Below, one piece after another: positions 55,491-64,000 of a stretch of 64,000 nucleotides of DNA. Location of the stretch: NCBI GenBank assembly GCA_030017685.1, contig JASEHH010000003.1, positions 25,319 to 89,318 on the forward strand. The letters run 5' to 3'. The stretch comes from Thermodesulfobacteriota bacterium (GTDB lineage: Bacteria; Desulfobacterota; BSN033; UBA1163). The notes beneath the pieces are model-generated. The model saw only the letters and a program-made list of their open reading frames with translations. It ran no database searches and was not told the origin of the DNA. The position numbers and the translations under genes were made by a program. Within the stretch, counting starts at the first letter, position 1, and each line of letters begins with the position of its first letter.

Positions 55491-56785
55491 AATCCTCCCC
55501 TGGGCAGGAAGTAGTATCTGGCTTCTCCAACCGTATAGAGTGATCCGGTAATACAGAGGATATCTTCCTCGCCTGCGAGAGAGAGACCCCTGTCAATCGC
55601 CTTCCTAAAATCTTCGATGACCTCAGCCTTCTTTCCATTCCGTCCCAGGGCCTTCCTGAGCAAAGCAGGAGAGGCGGCGCGGTCCGTGCCGGGCCGGGTG
55701 AAAATGATGTGATCTGCGAGAGGAGACAGGGAATGGAGGATGGAATGGACGTCCTTGTCCTTCATGATCCCGATCAGAAGGATGAGATGGTGATACTGAA
55801 AATCTTTCTCCAGGGATTCTCTCAAAGAGAGGGCTCCTTCGGGATTATGTGCGCCATCGAGGAGAACTCGAGGGGAGGAGCTTACCATTTCCAATCTTCC
55901 AGGCCATTCAACCACCTTCAATCCTTCGACTATGGCATCGTTCGAAACACGGTATCCCAGATCGTCCAGGATTTCCATAGCTCCGAGGGCGGTCGTGGCA
56001 TTGACCATTTGATGGGATCCCCGGAGGTTGAGAGAAAGGTCCCACAGTTTTCGATGAAGGCCTTCATAGCTGAAACTCCCCTCCCCTGCTAAAACATAAT
56101 GGAATTCCTTGCCGACCCGGAAAAAAGGGGCTTTTTTCTCACGGCAGATTTTTGAAAAGAGGCGGAGCACCTTGGGCTGTGTCGCAGCCGTGATGAGGGG
56201 GCGGCTCTCTTTGATGATCCCTGCCTTTTCTCCTGCAATCCTTAAGATGCCCTTGCCGAGAACATCTTCATGGTCCTTGCCAATATTGGTAATGATGGAG
56301 AGAAGAGGATCGATCACATTGGTCGAATCGAGTCTCCCTCCCAGACCCACCTCCAGGACAGCCAGATCAACCATCTTCTGTTTGAAATAGAGAAAAACCA
56401 TCGCAGTGGTAAAATCGAAGAAGGTGAAGGGAGGGGCAATTCCGGCTGCATCAATCCTCTCCCTCATCCATTCCGTCAGGGACGCCACCTCCTCCTTCTC
56501 GATCTCCTTTTCATTCACCTTCATCCGTTCGGTGAATCGGATGAGATGTGGGGAAGTGTAGAGACCTACCCTGTAACCCTCTTTTCGCAAGATCGAAGCG
56601 ATGATGGCCGCAGTGGAACCTTTTCCGTTCGTTCCTCCGATATGGATGGCCTGAATTTCCCGGTGGGGGTTTCCGACGGCCTCGAGAATCTCCTCGATCT
56701 TCGTCAATCCGAAGATCATCCCAAACTTTTCGAGACCATAGAGATAGTCGAGCGATCGTTGATAGCCATTCTTGTTCATTTCCAA
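55487..56785 (-). CDS. folC: bifunctional folylpolyglutamate synthase/dihydrofolate synthase
   Basis: Translation shows the Mur-ligase P-loop GTNGKGS and FolC length. Confidence 0.8.
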   Translation of the reverse strand: MEMNKNGYQRSLDYLYGLEKFGMIFGLTKIEEILEAVGNPHREIQAIHIGGTNGKGSTAAIIASILRKEGYRVGLYTSPHLIRFTERMKVNEKEIEKEEVASLTEWMRERIDAAGIAPPFTFFDFTTAMVFLYFKQKMVDLAVLEVGLGGRLDSTNVIDPLLSIITNIGKDHEDVLGKGILRIAGEKAGIIKESRPLITAATQPKVLRLFSKICREKKAPFFRVGKEFHYVLAGEGSFSYEGLHRKLWDLSLNLRGSHQMVNATTALGAMEILDDLGYRVSNDAIVEGLKVVEWPGRLEMVSSSPRVLLDGAHNPEGALSLRESLEKDFQYHHLILLIGIMKDKDVHSILHSLSPLADHIIFTRPGTDRAASPALLRKALGRNGKKAEVIEDFRKAIDRGLSLAGEEDILCITGSLYTVGEARYYFLPRGGL

Positions 56786-56786
56786 T

Positions 56787-57647
56787 CTATTCCTTTAGCG
56801 ATTCTATCTTGAGCATTTTGAGGAGGGAGGAAAGGGTGTGCCGGAGATCTTTCCGTTCAACGATGAGATCGACCATCCCATGCTGGAGAAGGTATTCCGC
56901 CCGTTGGAATCCCTCCGGAAGTTCCGCTCGAATCGTATCCTTGATCACCCTTGGCCCTGCAAATCCGATCATTGCTTTTGGCTCGGCGATGATGACATCA
57001 CCCAGCATGGCAATGCTGGCCGACACCCCCCCTGTGGTCGGATCGGTCAGAACCGAGATGTAGGGAAGCCTTGCTTCCTGGAGCCTGCCAAGGGCTGCGC
57101 TGGTCTTGGCCATCTGCATCAGAGAGAGAATCCCTTCCTGCATCCTGGCTCCTCCTGAGGCGCAAAAGATGATCACGCCGACTCTCTTCTCAATCGCCCT
57201 TTCAATCAGACGGGTGATCTTTTCCCCTACGACCGAACCCATGCTTCCGCCCATAAAATTGAATTCAAAGATGCCGACCATCACCGGTTCGCCCTCGAAC
57301 TGTGCCTCTCCGCAGATGACGGCATCATTCTGACCGGTCGTTTCTTGAGATTCTTTGACCCGGTGCGGGTACTTCTTCGAATCTTTGAATTCCAGGGGAT
57401 CGAGGGAAGTAAGATCTGAGTCGTACTCAAGGAAGGTTCCCGGATCAACCAGGCACTCCATTCGTTTCCGGGCAGGTATCTGAAAGTGATAATTGCACTT
57501 TGGACAGACCTGAAGATTTCGTTCGACGACCTTCCGGTAGATCATCTCATTGCAGGACTTACACTTTAACCAGAGCTCATCGAAGAGCTTCGGGTCCTCA
57601 CGCCTCTCTTTCTTCTCTTCCTCTTCTCCCTTCTTAAACCAAGCCAT
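56787..57647 (-). CDS. accD: acetyl-CoA carboxylase carboxyltransferase subunit beta
   Basis: An N-terminal zinc ribbon ([26 protein letters not shown]) followed by a carboxyltransferase domain. Start taken at [11 protein letters not shown]. Confidence 0.85.
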   Translation of the reverse strand: MAWFKKGEEEEKKERREDPKLFDELWLKCKSCNEMIYRKVVERNLQVCPKCNYHFQIPARKRMECLVDPGTFLEYDSDLTSLDPLEFKDSKKYPHRVKESQETTGQNDAVICGEAQFEGEPVMVGIFEFNFMGGSMGSVVGEKITRLIERAIEKRVGVIIFCASGGARMQEGILSLMQMAKTSAALGRLQEARLPYISVLTDPTTGGVSASIAMLGDVIIAEPKAMIGFAGPRVIKDTIRAELPEGFQRAEYLLQHGMVDLIVERKDLRHTLSSLLKMLKIESLKE

Positions 57648-57766
57648 CGAATCGATCGATCCTCTCTTTTGGATGTTTAAAGCTAACAAAATAAGGGTGA
57701 GATGTCAATGAAATGAGAACTTCCGGGACGATTGAATCTCATTCTTGGCTGTGGTATTTTAAAGCG

Positions 57767-59038
57767 ATGAACAGGAAGGTGAAGATCGAGTCCATGGCCT
57801 TTAAAGGAAATGGAGTGGGACATATCGATGGCAAAGTCATCTTCGTCCCTTACACCGTGACCGGAGATGAGGTATCGGTAGAGATCGCCGAAGATAAAAA
57901 AAGCTACTCCGTAGGCGGGCTGAAGGAAATTCTAATTCCATCTCCTTGGAGGATCAATCCTCCCTGTCCATATTTTGGCGACTGCGGGGGCTGTCAATGG
58001 CAGCACATCGACCCGTCTGTCCATGAAGCGTTGAAGAAAGAGATCCTAAAAGAGTCGCTTCAAAGATTGGCAGGACTGAAAGAGATCCCTCCTCTCTCCG
58101 CCGTTCCCTCACCCCAACCCTATGGATATCGGATCAGAATCCAGCTGAAGGCTGAGGGAAATAAGATCGGTTTCTTTGGGGAAAAATCTCATCGGGTTGT
58201 TGAGATTGACCGGTGCCCCATCGCCCATCCCATGATCAATGCAATCCTCCAACACATTCGAAAAGAGCGATTCCCTTTTTCCGGAATGGAAGGATTTGAG
58301 ATCAATGTCTCTCCCGAGGAAGGAAAAGGGATATTGATCTTCCATTTGAATCTGTCTGGGCAAAGGAGAAAAATTCCTTTTAAAGAACTCCTCCAATCCA
58401 TCCCTCTTTTAAAGGGCATCGCCGTGGTGAGGAAAAAGAGGTGGACCTATCTCGGCGATCCAACTCTGAACGTCACGGTGACATTGATAAGGCATGGTTG
58501 GGAAAAAACCTTCCGTCTGCGTGTCTCTCCGGGGAGTTTCTGCCAGGTGAACCTCGGATTGAATCAAGAACTCATTCGAGCGGTTCTCGAATTTAGTGAA
58601 TTGAAAGAAAACAAACGGGTTCTTGACCTTTATGCGGGTATTGGAAATTTTACCCTCCCATTAGCCACGGAAGCAAAATGGGTCATCGGGATTGACGAGA
58701 GTAAGAAAGCCATCGCAGATGCCCGTTTCAATGCGGAGAGGAATGGTGTCAAAAACTGCCAATTCATCTCTGGAAGTGTGGAAGAGATGCTAAACGAGTT
58801 TGGAGAAGTGTTAGACCTCATCGTTCTCGATCCCCCAAGGGCAGGCTGCAAGAAGGTCGTCGATCAAATGGTAAGATTGGAGCCTGAAAAAATCGTCTAT
58901 GTCTCCTGCGAACCGACCACCCTCTCCCGGGACCTTCGCCTCTTCTGTGAAAGAGGATACTTCCTCCGGAAACTCTGCCTCATCGATATGTTCCCGCAGA
59001 CCTATCATATGGAAGTCGTAGGGCTTCTCACGCATTAA
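57767..59038 (+). CDS. 23S rRNA (uracil-C5)-methyltransferase RlmD/RumA-like (TRAM + Fe-S + class I SAM methyltransferase)
   Basis: A TRAM-like N-terminus, then the 4-Cys cluster CPYFGDCGGCQWQH, then the SAM-binding LDLYAGIGNF and DPPRAG. Confidence 0.75.
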   Translation: MNRKVKIESMAFKGNGVGHIDGKVIFVPYTVTGDEVSVEIAEDKKSYSVGGLKEILIPSPWRINPPCPYFGDCGGCQWQHIDPSVHEALKKEILKESLQRLAGLKEIPPLSAVPSPQPYGYRIRIQLKAEGNKIGFFGEKSHRVVEIDRCPIAHPMINAILQHIRKERFPFSGMEGFEINVSPEEGKGILIFHLNLSGQRRKIPFKELLQSIPLLKGIAVVRKKRWTYLGDPTLNVTVTLIRHGWEKTFRLRVSPGSFCQVNLGLNQELIRAVLEFSELKENKRVLDLYAGIGNFTLPLATEAKWVIGIDESKKAIADARFNAERNGVKNCQFISGSVEEMLNEFGEVLDLIVLDPPRAGCKKVVDQMVRLEPEKIVYVSCEPTTLSRDLRLFCERGYFLRKLCLIDMFPQTYHMEVVGLLTH

Positions 59039-59148
59039 AACCGCAGGAGGATGGAGGAGCGGTCCTTCGGCCCTTGAGGATAGAGGCCAAATCTCTTGCC
59101 TCAAACAAAGTGCTCCTCAAGCGAAGCGATCCTCAAGCATCGAAAACC

Positions 59149-60021
59149 TTAGATAACCTTATTGAGCGGATATTCGATGATCCCCACTGCCCCCCGTTTC
59201 AACAATTTCGGGATGAGTTCCCGCACGACCTTTTCGGAGACCATCACTTCTATGGCAAACCAGTCGCTCTGAAAGAGGTTCGAAATCGTGGGTGCTGTGA
59301 TCGAGGGTAAAATTTCCATTACGCCCTTGAGGTCATTGGCTGAAACATTCATCTTCAGCCCCACCATCCCTTCGGCCCGGAGTGCCCCCTGGAGAAGAAG
59401 GGAGATCTGTTCGATCTTCTCCCTTTTCCACGGATCCTCATAGGACCGGCGATTGGCGATAAACTGGGTATTGGTCTGAAGGAGTTCTGCGACAATACGA
59501 AGTTTATTGGCCCGAAGCGTGCTTCCTGTCTCTGTCACCTCCACAATGGCATCGCACAACCCTTCGATCACCTTGCCTTCGGTGGCTCCCCAAGAGAACT
59601 CCACATCCACCTTGACACCCCTTTCGATAAAATAGCGCCGGGTAAAATTGACCAGTTCGGTAAAGATCTTCCTCCCCTCCAGATCTTTCAGGGTGCGGAT
59701 CGGCGAGTCTTCGGCAACCACCAGCACCCATCGGGCAGGAACCTGGCTTGTTTTTGAGTAAACCAGGTCTTGAACAACCACCACATCCGAGTTGTTTTCG
59801 AGGATCCAGTCCTTACCGGTCAACCCTACATCCAGAGTGCCTGCCTCCACAAACCTCGACATCTCCTGGGCCCGGGCCAGAGTACAGCGGATCTCCTCAT
59901 CATCCACCATAGGGAAGTAGCTGCGGGAACTGACCATGATCTTCCAGCCTGATTTCCTGAAGAGTTCAATCGTGGCGCTCTCAAGGCTCCCCTTTGGAAT
60001 TCCTAATTTCAGCATCTTCAC
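59149..60021 (-). CDS. hisG: ATP phosphoribosyltransferase, long form
   Basis: 290 aa with a HisG-like N-terminus ([11 protein letters not shown]) and a C-terminal regulatory domain. Confidence 0.85.
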   Translation of the reverse strand: MKMLKLGIPKGSLESATIELFRKSGWKIMVSSRSYFPMVDDEEIRCTLARAQEMSRFVEAGTLDVGLTGKDWILENNSDVVVVQDLVYSKTSQVPARWVLVVAEDSPIRTLKDLEGRKIFTELVNFTRRYFIERGVKVDVEFSWGATEGKVIEGLCDAIVEVTETGSTLRANKLRIVAELLQTNTQFIANRRSYEDPWKREKIEQISLLLQGALRAEGMVGLKMNVSANDLKGVMEILPSITAPTISNLFQSDWFAIEVMVSEKVVRELIPKLLKRGAVGIIEYPLNKVI

Positions 60022-60395
60022 TTTCCGTATACCTCCTTCGGATCAAAAATTCTCTTCCCTGAAACTTTCCATTCACCCTCTTCATGCCGGTGATGAAAAC
60101 AACTTTGAAAACCTGTATGGCAGGCCGCTCCTCCGATCTGGTCGACTTTTAGAAGAAGGGTATCTCCGTCACAGTCGAGCCAAATCTCCCTGACTTCCTG
60201 AACATGGCCCGATGTCTCCCCTTTTAACCAGAGTTTTTTGCGGGACCTTGACCAGAAGGTAGCCTTTCCTGTCTTCAGTGTCTCTTCCCACGACTTTCGG
60301 TTCATATACCCCAGCATCAGGACTTGATTGGTCGAAGCGTCCTGAATGACGACCGGGATGAGTCCATCCCCTTTTTTAAAATCGATCTCAATCAC
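60018..60395 (-). CDS. hisI: phosphoribosyl-AMP cyclohydrolase
   Basis: 125 aa with [17 protein letters not shown] and the CDGD metal site. GTG start with an AGGAG RBS. Confidence 0.85.
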   Translation of the reverse strand: MIEIDFKKGDGLIPVVIQDASTNQVLMLGYMNRKSWEETLKTGKATFWSRSRKKLWLKGETSGHVQEVREIWLDCDGDTLLLKVDQIGGAACHTGFQSCFHHRHEEGEWKVSGKRIFDPKEVYGK

Positions 60396-60414
60396 GCTAT
60401 TTCTCCTTCCGTCG

Positions 60415-60567
60415 AAGTTCGGAGTAGTTTAGTTCGCCTGCCTTCGCCGAAGCGGCTTGCCTACATTGAAGCTTTAGCACAAGCAGGCTACGCGCAGGCA
60501 GGTAGTTCGGAGTCTTAAATCTTCTATGTCTTTTTACTCCGAACTCCCAACTCATTACTCCGAACTG
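60415..60567. mobile_element. CCTGCC...GGCAGG palindromic element flanked by TAGTTCGG duplications, plus a tandem TACTCCGAACT pair, at the hisI/DUF72 junction
   Basis: The sequence reads agttcggag tagtt tagttcg | cctgccttcgccgaagcggcttgcctacattgaagctttagcacaagcaggctacgcgcaggcagg | tagttcggag ... tactccgaactcccaactcattactccgaactg. The last motif supplies the C-terminal SSE-stop of the DUF72 gene. Confidence 0.5.
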
Positions 60568-61361
60568 TGTTTCATCAGCAACTTGGCCATCTGAGCCGCA
60601 TTCTTGGCCGCAGAACCGGCATGGCAATTATTAAAAAAGATAAACGTCTTTGCCGTTTTCTTAGAAATGTCCTCGATGTCCGGGACAAACTCCTTCAACT
60701 CTTCCTCACTGTAAAGGTAATCATACCTCACCGAAGTAGGAACATTGAACCAATTGGGGTTCCTTCCATGGAATCGAAAATAACTAATTTCGGATGTTGT
60801 TCTCGGAATGTAGGGCATCAGTTTCGGCAGTTTGGGTTCATCCACGATGCAAAAACCAACGCCGTTCTTCGACAAGAATTCAAAGGTCCCTTCCTTCATC
60901 CAGGTCTGGTTCCGAAATTCAAAGACAAGGGCAACATCCCCCATCTCCTCTTTGAACCTTTCGAGATAGCCGAAATTCTCCCGGTTGGGGAAAAACCCGT
61001 AGGGAAACTGAGCCAGGACACCCGCAAGCTTACCATCCCCGATCAGAGGATCAAGGCTGTATTTAAACTTCTTAAAGGTATCCTGATTGTCTATCATCTC
61101 TCCCGTTTCTTTGTTCCGAATCTCATGGGTCATCCCCTTGAAGGATTTGACGATGAATTCAAAACCGCCTGAGGTCTTCTGGGACATCGCCGCAAAACTC
61201 TTCTGAGAAGGAAGGGTATAATAGGTGAAGTTCACCTCCAGGGCATTAAACCCAAGCTCTTTTTCATAAAAAGATAACATCTCCCTTTCCGGAAGACCAG
61301 GAGGATAGACCGTGCCCTTCCAGTCCGCAAATGAAAATCCACTCGTCCCGATCTTGATCAT
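60555..61361 (-). CDS. DUF72 domain protein (UPF0759)
   Basis: MIKIGTSGFSFADWKGTVYP is the DUF72 N-terminal signature. Confidence 0.7.
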   Translation of the reverse strand: MIKIGTSGFSFADWKGTVYPPGLPEREMLSFYEKELGFNALEVNFTYYTLPSQKSFAAMSQKTSGGFEFIVKSFKGMTHEIRNKETGEMIDNQDTFKKFKYSLDPLIGDGKLAGVLAQFPYGFFPNRENFGYLERFKEEMGDVALVFEFRNQTWMKEGTFEFLSKNGVGFCIVDEPKLPKLMPYIPRTTSEISYFRFHGRNPNWFNVPTSVRYDYLYSEEELKEFVPDIEDISKKTAKTFIFFNNCHAGSAAKNAAQMAKLLMKHSSE

Positions 61362-61468
61362 CTATACATTTTATATTTAATCCATTTTAGACTTAAATTC
61401 AGCAAGCGCCTTCAGATAGCGTATAATCTATTCCAATGTCTTTTTCTGGTATTCTTTGAGTTCCATAA

Positions 61469-61777
61469 TTATAGGACTGCTGACTTCTCCGGCTGTTCTT
61501 CATCTATTTGGGGGGTCATCCATGAGGGCAACGGTTCACCGGTTGCCTCACTATAAAGTGTTTCAGGAGCAATATCTACATCTCCAGGCCAGCATAAAAC
61601 TCCTATCTCTTTGTTAATATAAAATTGCTTGAAATACTGGAGATCAGAAAAACGACTGAACACTCCCCCTTTTTTATCATAACCTTTGAAATCGATGACC
61701 CCTTTTTTCCCATTCTCGAAGGTAAGTTCCAGTCTATACCCCTCTATATACTTTGCTTCAATTACATCGTAGTACAT
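61469..61777 (-). CDS. DUF2442 domain protein
   Basis: 102 aa. The small beta-rich YYDVIEAKYIEGYRLELTFENG pattern is typical of DUF2442. Confidence 0.5.
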   Translation of the reverse strand: MYYDVIEAKYIEGYRLELTFENGKKGVIDFKGYDKKGGVFSRFSDLQYFKQFYINKEIGVLCWPGDVDIAPETLYSEATGEPLPSWMTPQIDEEQPEKSAVL

Positions 61778-61789
61778 AAAGTCACCTCC

Positions 61790-62050
61790 TTACTTTAACG
61801 GCTCGATCGGGAAAAGAGGTTTTTTCTCCATTGCCAATTCCCAATCCTTTAAAAGCTCAACTTTGTGTAAATCGGCCCATTCCATAACAAGCCCCAGTGC
61901 CCTTGGAGGCAGATATCCCTCCAACACTGCAAAATCTGCTATTCTTATCGATGCCTTATATTCCCCGTATCTTGCGTGAAAATGGGGTGGATAATGTTCG
62001 CTATGGAACATGGCTATTATAATGCCAAAAAATCTGCTTATCTCTGGCAT
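61790..62050 (-). CDS. DUF4160 domain protein
   Basis: MPEISRFFGIIIAMFHSEHYPPHFHARYGEYKA is the DUF4160 signature. Lies directly upstream of the DUF2442 gene (12-nt gap). Confidence 0.5.
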   Translation of the reverse strand: MPEISRFFGIIIAMFHSEHYPPHFHARYGEYKASIRIADFAVLEGYLPPRALGLVMEWADLHKVELLKDWELAMEKKPLFPIEPLK

Positions 62051-62218
62051 TCTATTCCTTCAACTTTTAAATCTCAAAATGATGAAATTATCTTCAATGA
62101 CCCGGCCCCATTTTAAAGATAGACGAACAGGAGGGTATTGTCAACTCTGATATTGGCACTCCGATATTGGGTATAATTTTGCTTGAGTCCTTCAACAAAT
62201 TAGCCTATATTGGTAGCC

Positions 62219-64000
62219 ATGAAGAACGCTACGGTAATGGAATTCCATATCTCTCGCAAGGCGCGGGACCTCTACATGTTCGACGAATCCTTTTTTACTG
62301 TAAGCGGAAATGTCATCTTCCCCAATTTCCGTGCGGTAAGATTATTCGTCCAGAGGATGAATGAGAAAAGGGACCTCGTCAGCTTTCCGGAGCAGACCAT
62401 TAAACCCGGTCAGATGAATGCGATGGGGCTGATTGATGAGATTCTCCACTACATCATCGGTCTATTCGGGAGTGAGAAAAATCCTCAGGTGATGAAACAG
62501 GCGCTTGATTGGCTCTATGAAAAATTCGGCAAATTGAGGGTGGATGAGGCCCTGCGAAATTTTGCAGAGGAATTTCCCACGGTTGCTGTCTTTCGAGGAG
62601 AGATACCTCCTGAAATTTATTTGGAGGGTGAAACAGAAGGAGTGGACAACCGCCAGATCATCTTAGAAGAGATGCTCATGCTTTGGCTGGCCAACAGGAA
62701 CCCTGCTTTCTCTCCTTTCGTCGAACTTTTTGATGACTCCGCTCTTCAAAAAGAGACCCTTTACCTCCGGATCATGGAACAACTTCTCGTCTTCTTCAAT
62801 TCACAGTCTCCTTTTGGCCCTGACCATCAAAATCTGATCGATATGCTTCGAAGTCCTGCGATTGCTGTTCCACATTCTCTCTCGGGACAACTCGAATACA
62901 TACGGGAAAGATGGGGATTTTTATTGGACAGGTACTTCTCCCTCCTTCTCAGCAGCCTGGATCTCATTAAAGAGGAAGAGATTGCGGAGATGCGAAGGAT
63001 GACATTCTGGAGCCGCGCCCCTGCTCCTGTGTATGAATTCACCGGAATGGAGGGAGAGCCGGAGGGATTCAGTCCAGACCTGGAGTGGATGCCCAGATTG
63101 GTGCTACTCGCAAAAAACATCTATGTCTGGCTCCATCAGCTCTCAAGGAAATATCAGCGCTCCATCTACCGGCTCGATCAGATCCCTGACGAAGAGCTGG
63201 ATCGATTAGCCTACTGGGGCTTCACCGGACTCTGGCTCATTGGCCTATGGGAGCGGAGTCTCGCATCAAAAAGAATTAAGGAACTTTTAGGCAGTCCTGA
63301 CGCGGTGGCTTCTGCCTACTCCCTTTTCGATTATGAGATCGCTGGCGACCTCGGCGGTGAAGAGGCCTTCCAGAATCTAAAAAACCGTGCCTGGAGTCGC
63401 GGAATTCGTCTGGCAAGCGATATGGTGCCTAACCATATGGGCATTGATTCGAGATGGGTGATTGAACATCCGGACTGGTTCATCTCGTCAGAAGAGAGCC
63501 CCTTCCCAGCCTATCGTTTCAGCGGGCCAGACCTCTCCTGGCATGGAGAGGTTGGAATCCATCTTGAGGATCACTATTTCGACCAGAGTGATGCGGCGGT
63601 GGTATTCAAGCGGGTGGATCATAGAACAGGCGGGGAACAGTATATCTATCACGGAAATGATGGCACCCGAATGCCCTGGAACGATACCGCCCAGCTCAAT
63701 TTCCTAAAGGAAGAAGTCAGGGAAGCCGTCATCCAGAACATTCTCCATGTCGCCCGTAATTTTACCGTCATCCGTTTCGATGCGGCCATGACCCTGACCA
63801 AAAAGCATTATCAGCGACTCTGGTTTCCGGAGCCGGGGACAGGCGGCGCGATCCCGTCACGGGCGGAACATGGGATGACCAGAGAAGAGTTTCATCACCA
63901 TATGCCCGAAGAATTCTGGCGTCAGGTCGTGGATCGCATTGCCCGGGAGGCGCCCGGAACCTTGCTCCTCGCTGAGGCCTTCTGGCTGCTGGAGGGATAT
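62219..64000 (+). CDS. alpha-amylase family (GH13-like) protein with a long N-terminal extension, 3'-truncated by the window edge
   Basis: My own translation from ATG 62219 (MKNATVMEFHISRKARDLYMFDESFF...) is open to the window end. It contains GH13-like region I (DMVPNHMG) and region II (IRFDAAMTL). It is not in the ORF track because it is edge-truncated. Confidence 0.6.
   Translation, partial: MKNATVMEFHISRKARDLYMFDESFFTVSGNVIFPNFRAVRLFVQRMNEKRDLVSFPEQTIKPGQMNAMGLIDEILHYIIGLFGSEKNPQVMKQALDWLYEKFGKLRVDEALRNFAEEFPTVAVFRGEIPPEIYLEGETEGVDNRQIILEEMLMLWLANRNPAFSPFVELFDDSALQKETLYLRIMEQLLVFFNSQSPFGPDHQNLIDMLRSPAIAVPHSLSGQLEYIRERWGFLLDRYFSLLLSSLDLIKEEEIAEMRRMTFWSRAPAPVYEFTGMEGEPEGFSPDLEWMPRLVLLAKNIYVWLHQLSRKYQRSIYRLDQIPDEELDRLAYWGFTGLWLIGLWERSLASKRIKELLGSPDAVASAYSLFDYEIAGDLGGEEAFQNLKNRAWSRGIRLASDMVPNHMGIDSRWVIEHPDWFISSEESPFPAYRFSGPDLSWHGEVGIHLEDHYFDQSDAAVVFKRVDHRTGGEQYIYHGNDGTRMPWNDTAQLNFLKEEVREAVIQNILHVARNFTVIRFDAAMTLTKKHYQRLWFPEPGTGGAIPSRAEHGMTREEFHHHMPEEFWRQVVDRIAREAPGTLLLAEAFWLLEGY

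Overview
This 64-kb window is a densely coding chromosomal segment of a moderate-GC (about 48-50%) diderm bacterium; lptD, lpxL-like, lpxH-like, gmhB and accD are all present. Genes run on both strands. The supplied ORF track leaves out ORFs truncated by the window edge and includes GTG/TTG starts. By my own translation, both edges carry partial genes: a TAXI-TRAP fused permease at 1..1752 (-) and a GH13 alpha-amylase-family gene from 62219 (+).

Gene content, left to right:
- TAXI-TRAP transporter (receptor, DUF1850, permease).
- hemL-like gene, a signal-peptide nicotinamidase-like hydrolase, and hemY-hemH-hemE in the hemEHY order.
- pepA.
- A DNA-repair trio: a Cas4-like PD-(D/E)XK nuclease, a family 4/5 uracil-DNA glycosylase (UDG), and an Smr protein.
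- A Dpp/Opp-type peptide ABC operon with an isoaspartyl dipeptidase and a C26 peptidase.
- YtxH and DUF948 proteins.
- A PerR-like regulator followed by rubrerythrin, Tpx, a TlpA-like redoxin and a peroxiredoxin (oxidative-stress cluster).
- A GemA-like DUF1018 protein and a BFN-PDZ nuclease.
- An ABC ATPase, FtsX permease, LolA-like protein and outer-membrane protein, followed by a LytS/LytTR two-component system.
- MFS transporter, macro-domain protein, two small toxin-antitoxin-like pairs, a B12-radical SAM enzyme, an FAD oxidoreductase, a rhodanese-like ORF, DUF547, a YajD HNH protein.
- lpxL-like, trm112, gmhB, lpxH-like, ugd, rfbD/B/C/A, lptD, folC, accD, rlmD-like, hisG/hisI, DUF72.

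Most notable observations:
1. A PrxQ-type peroxiredoxin (35055..35606) is continuous in one frame except for a TGA exactly at the peroxidatic Cys codon. This is a candidate selenoprotein.
2. A rhodanese-like ORF has TGA codon(s) at the expected active-site Cys, with a SECIS-like hairpin downstream.
3. A roughly 540-bp near-identical direct repeat carrying a four-helix-bundle gene occurs twice, 38.8 kb apart.
4. A family of short palindromic CCTGCC...GGCAGG elements is flanked by duplicated CTCCGAACT-type target sites. Two of them sit in-frame inside the UDG gene.

I found no rRNA, tRNA or CRISPR. All functional calls rest on my reading of the translations and motif recognition. No database search was possible.
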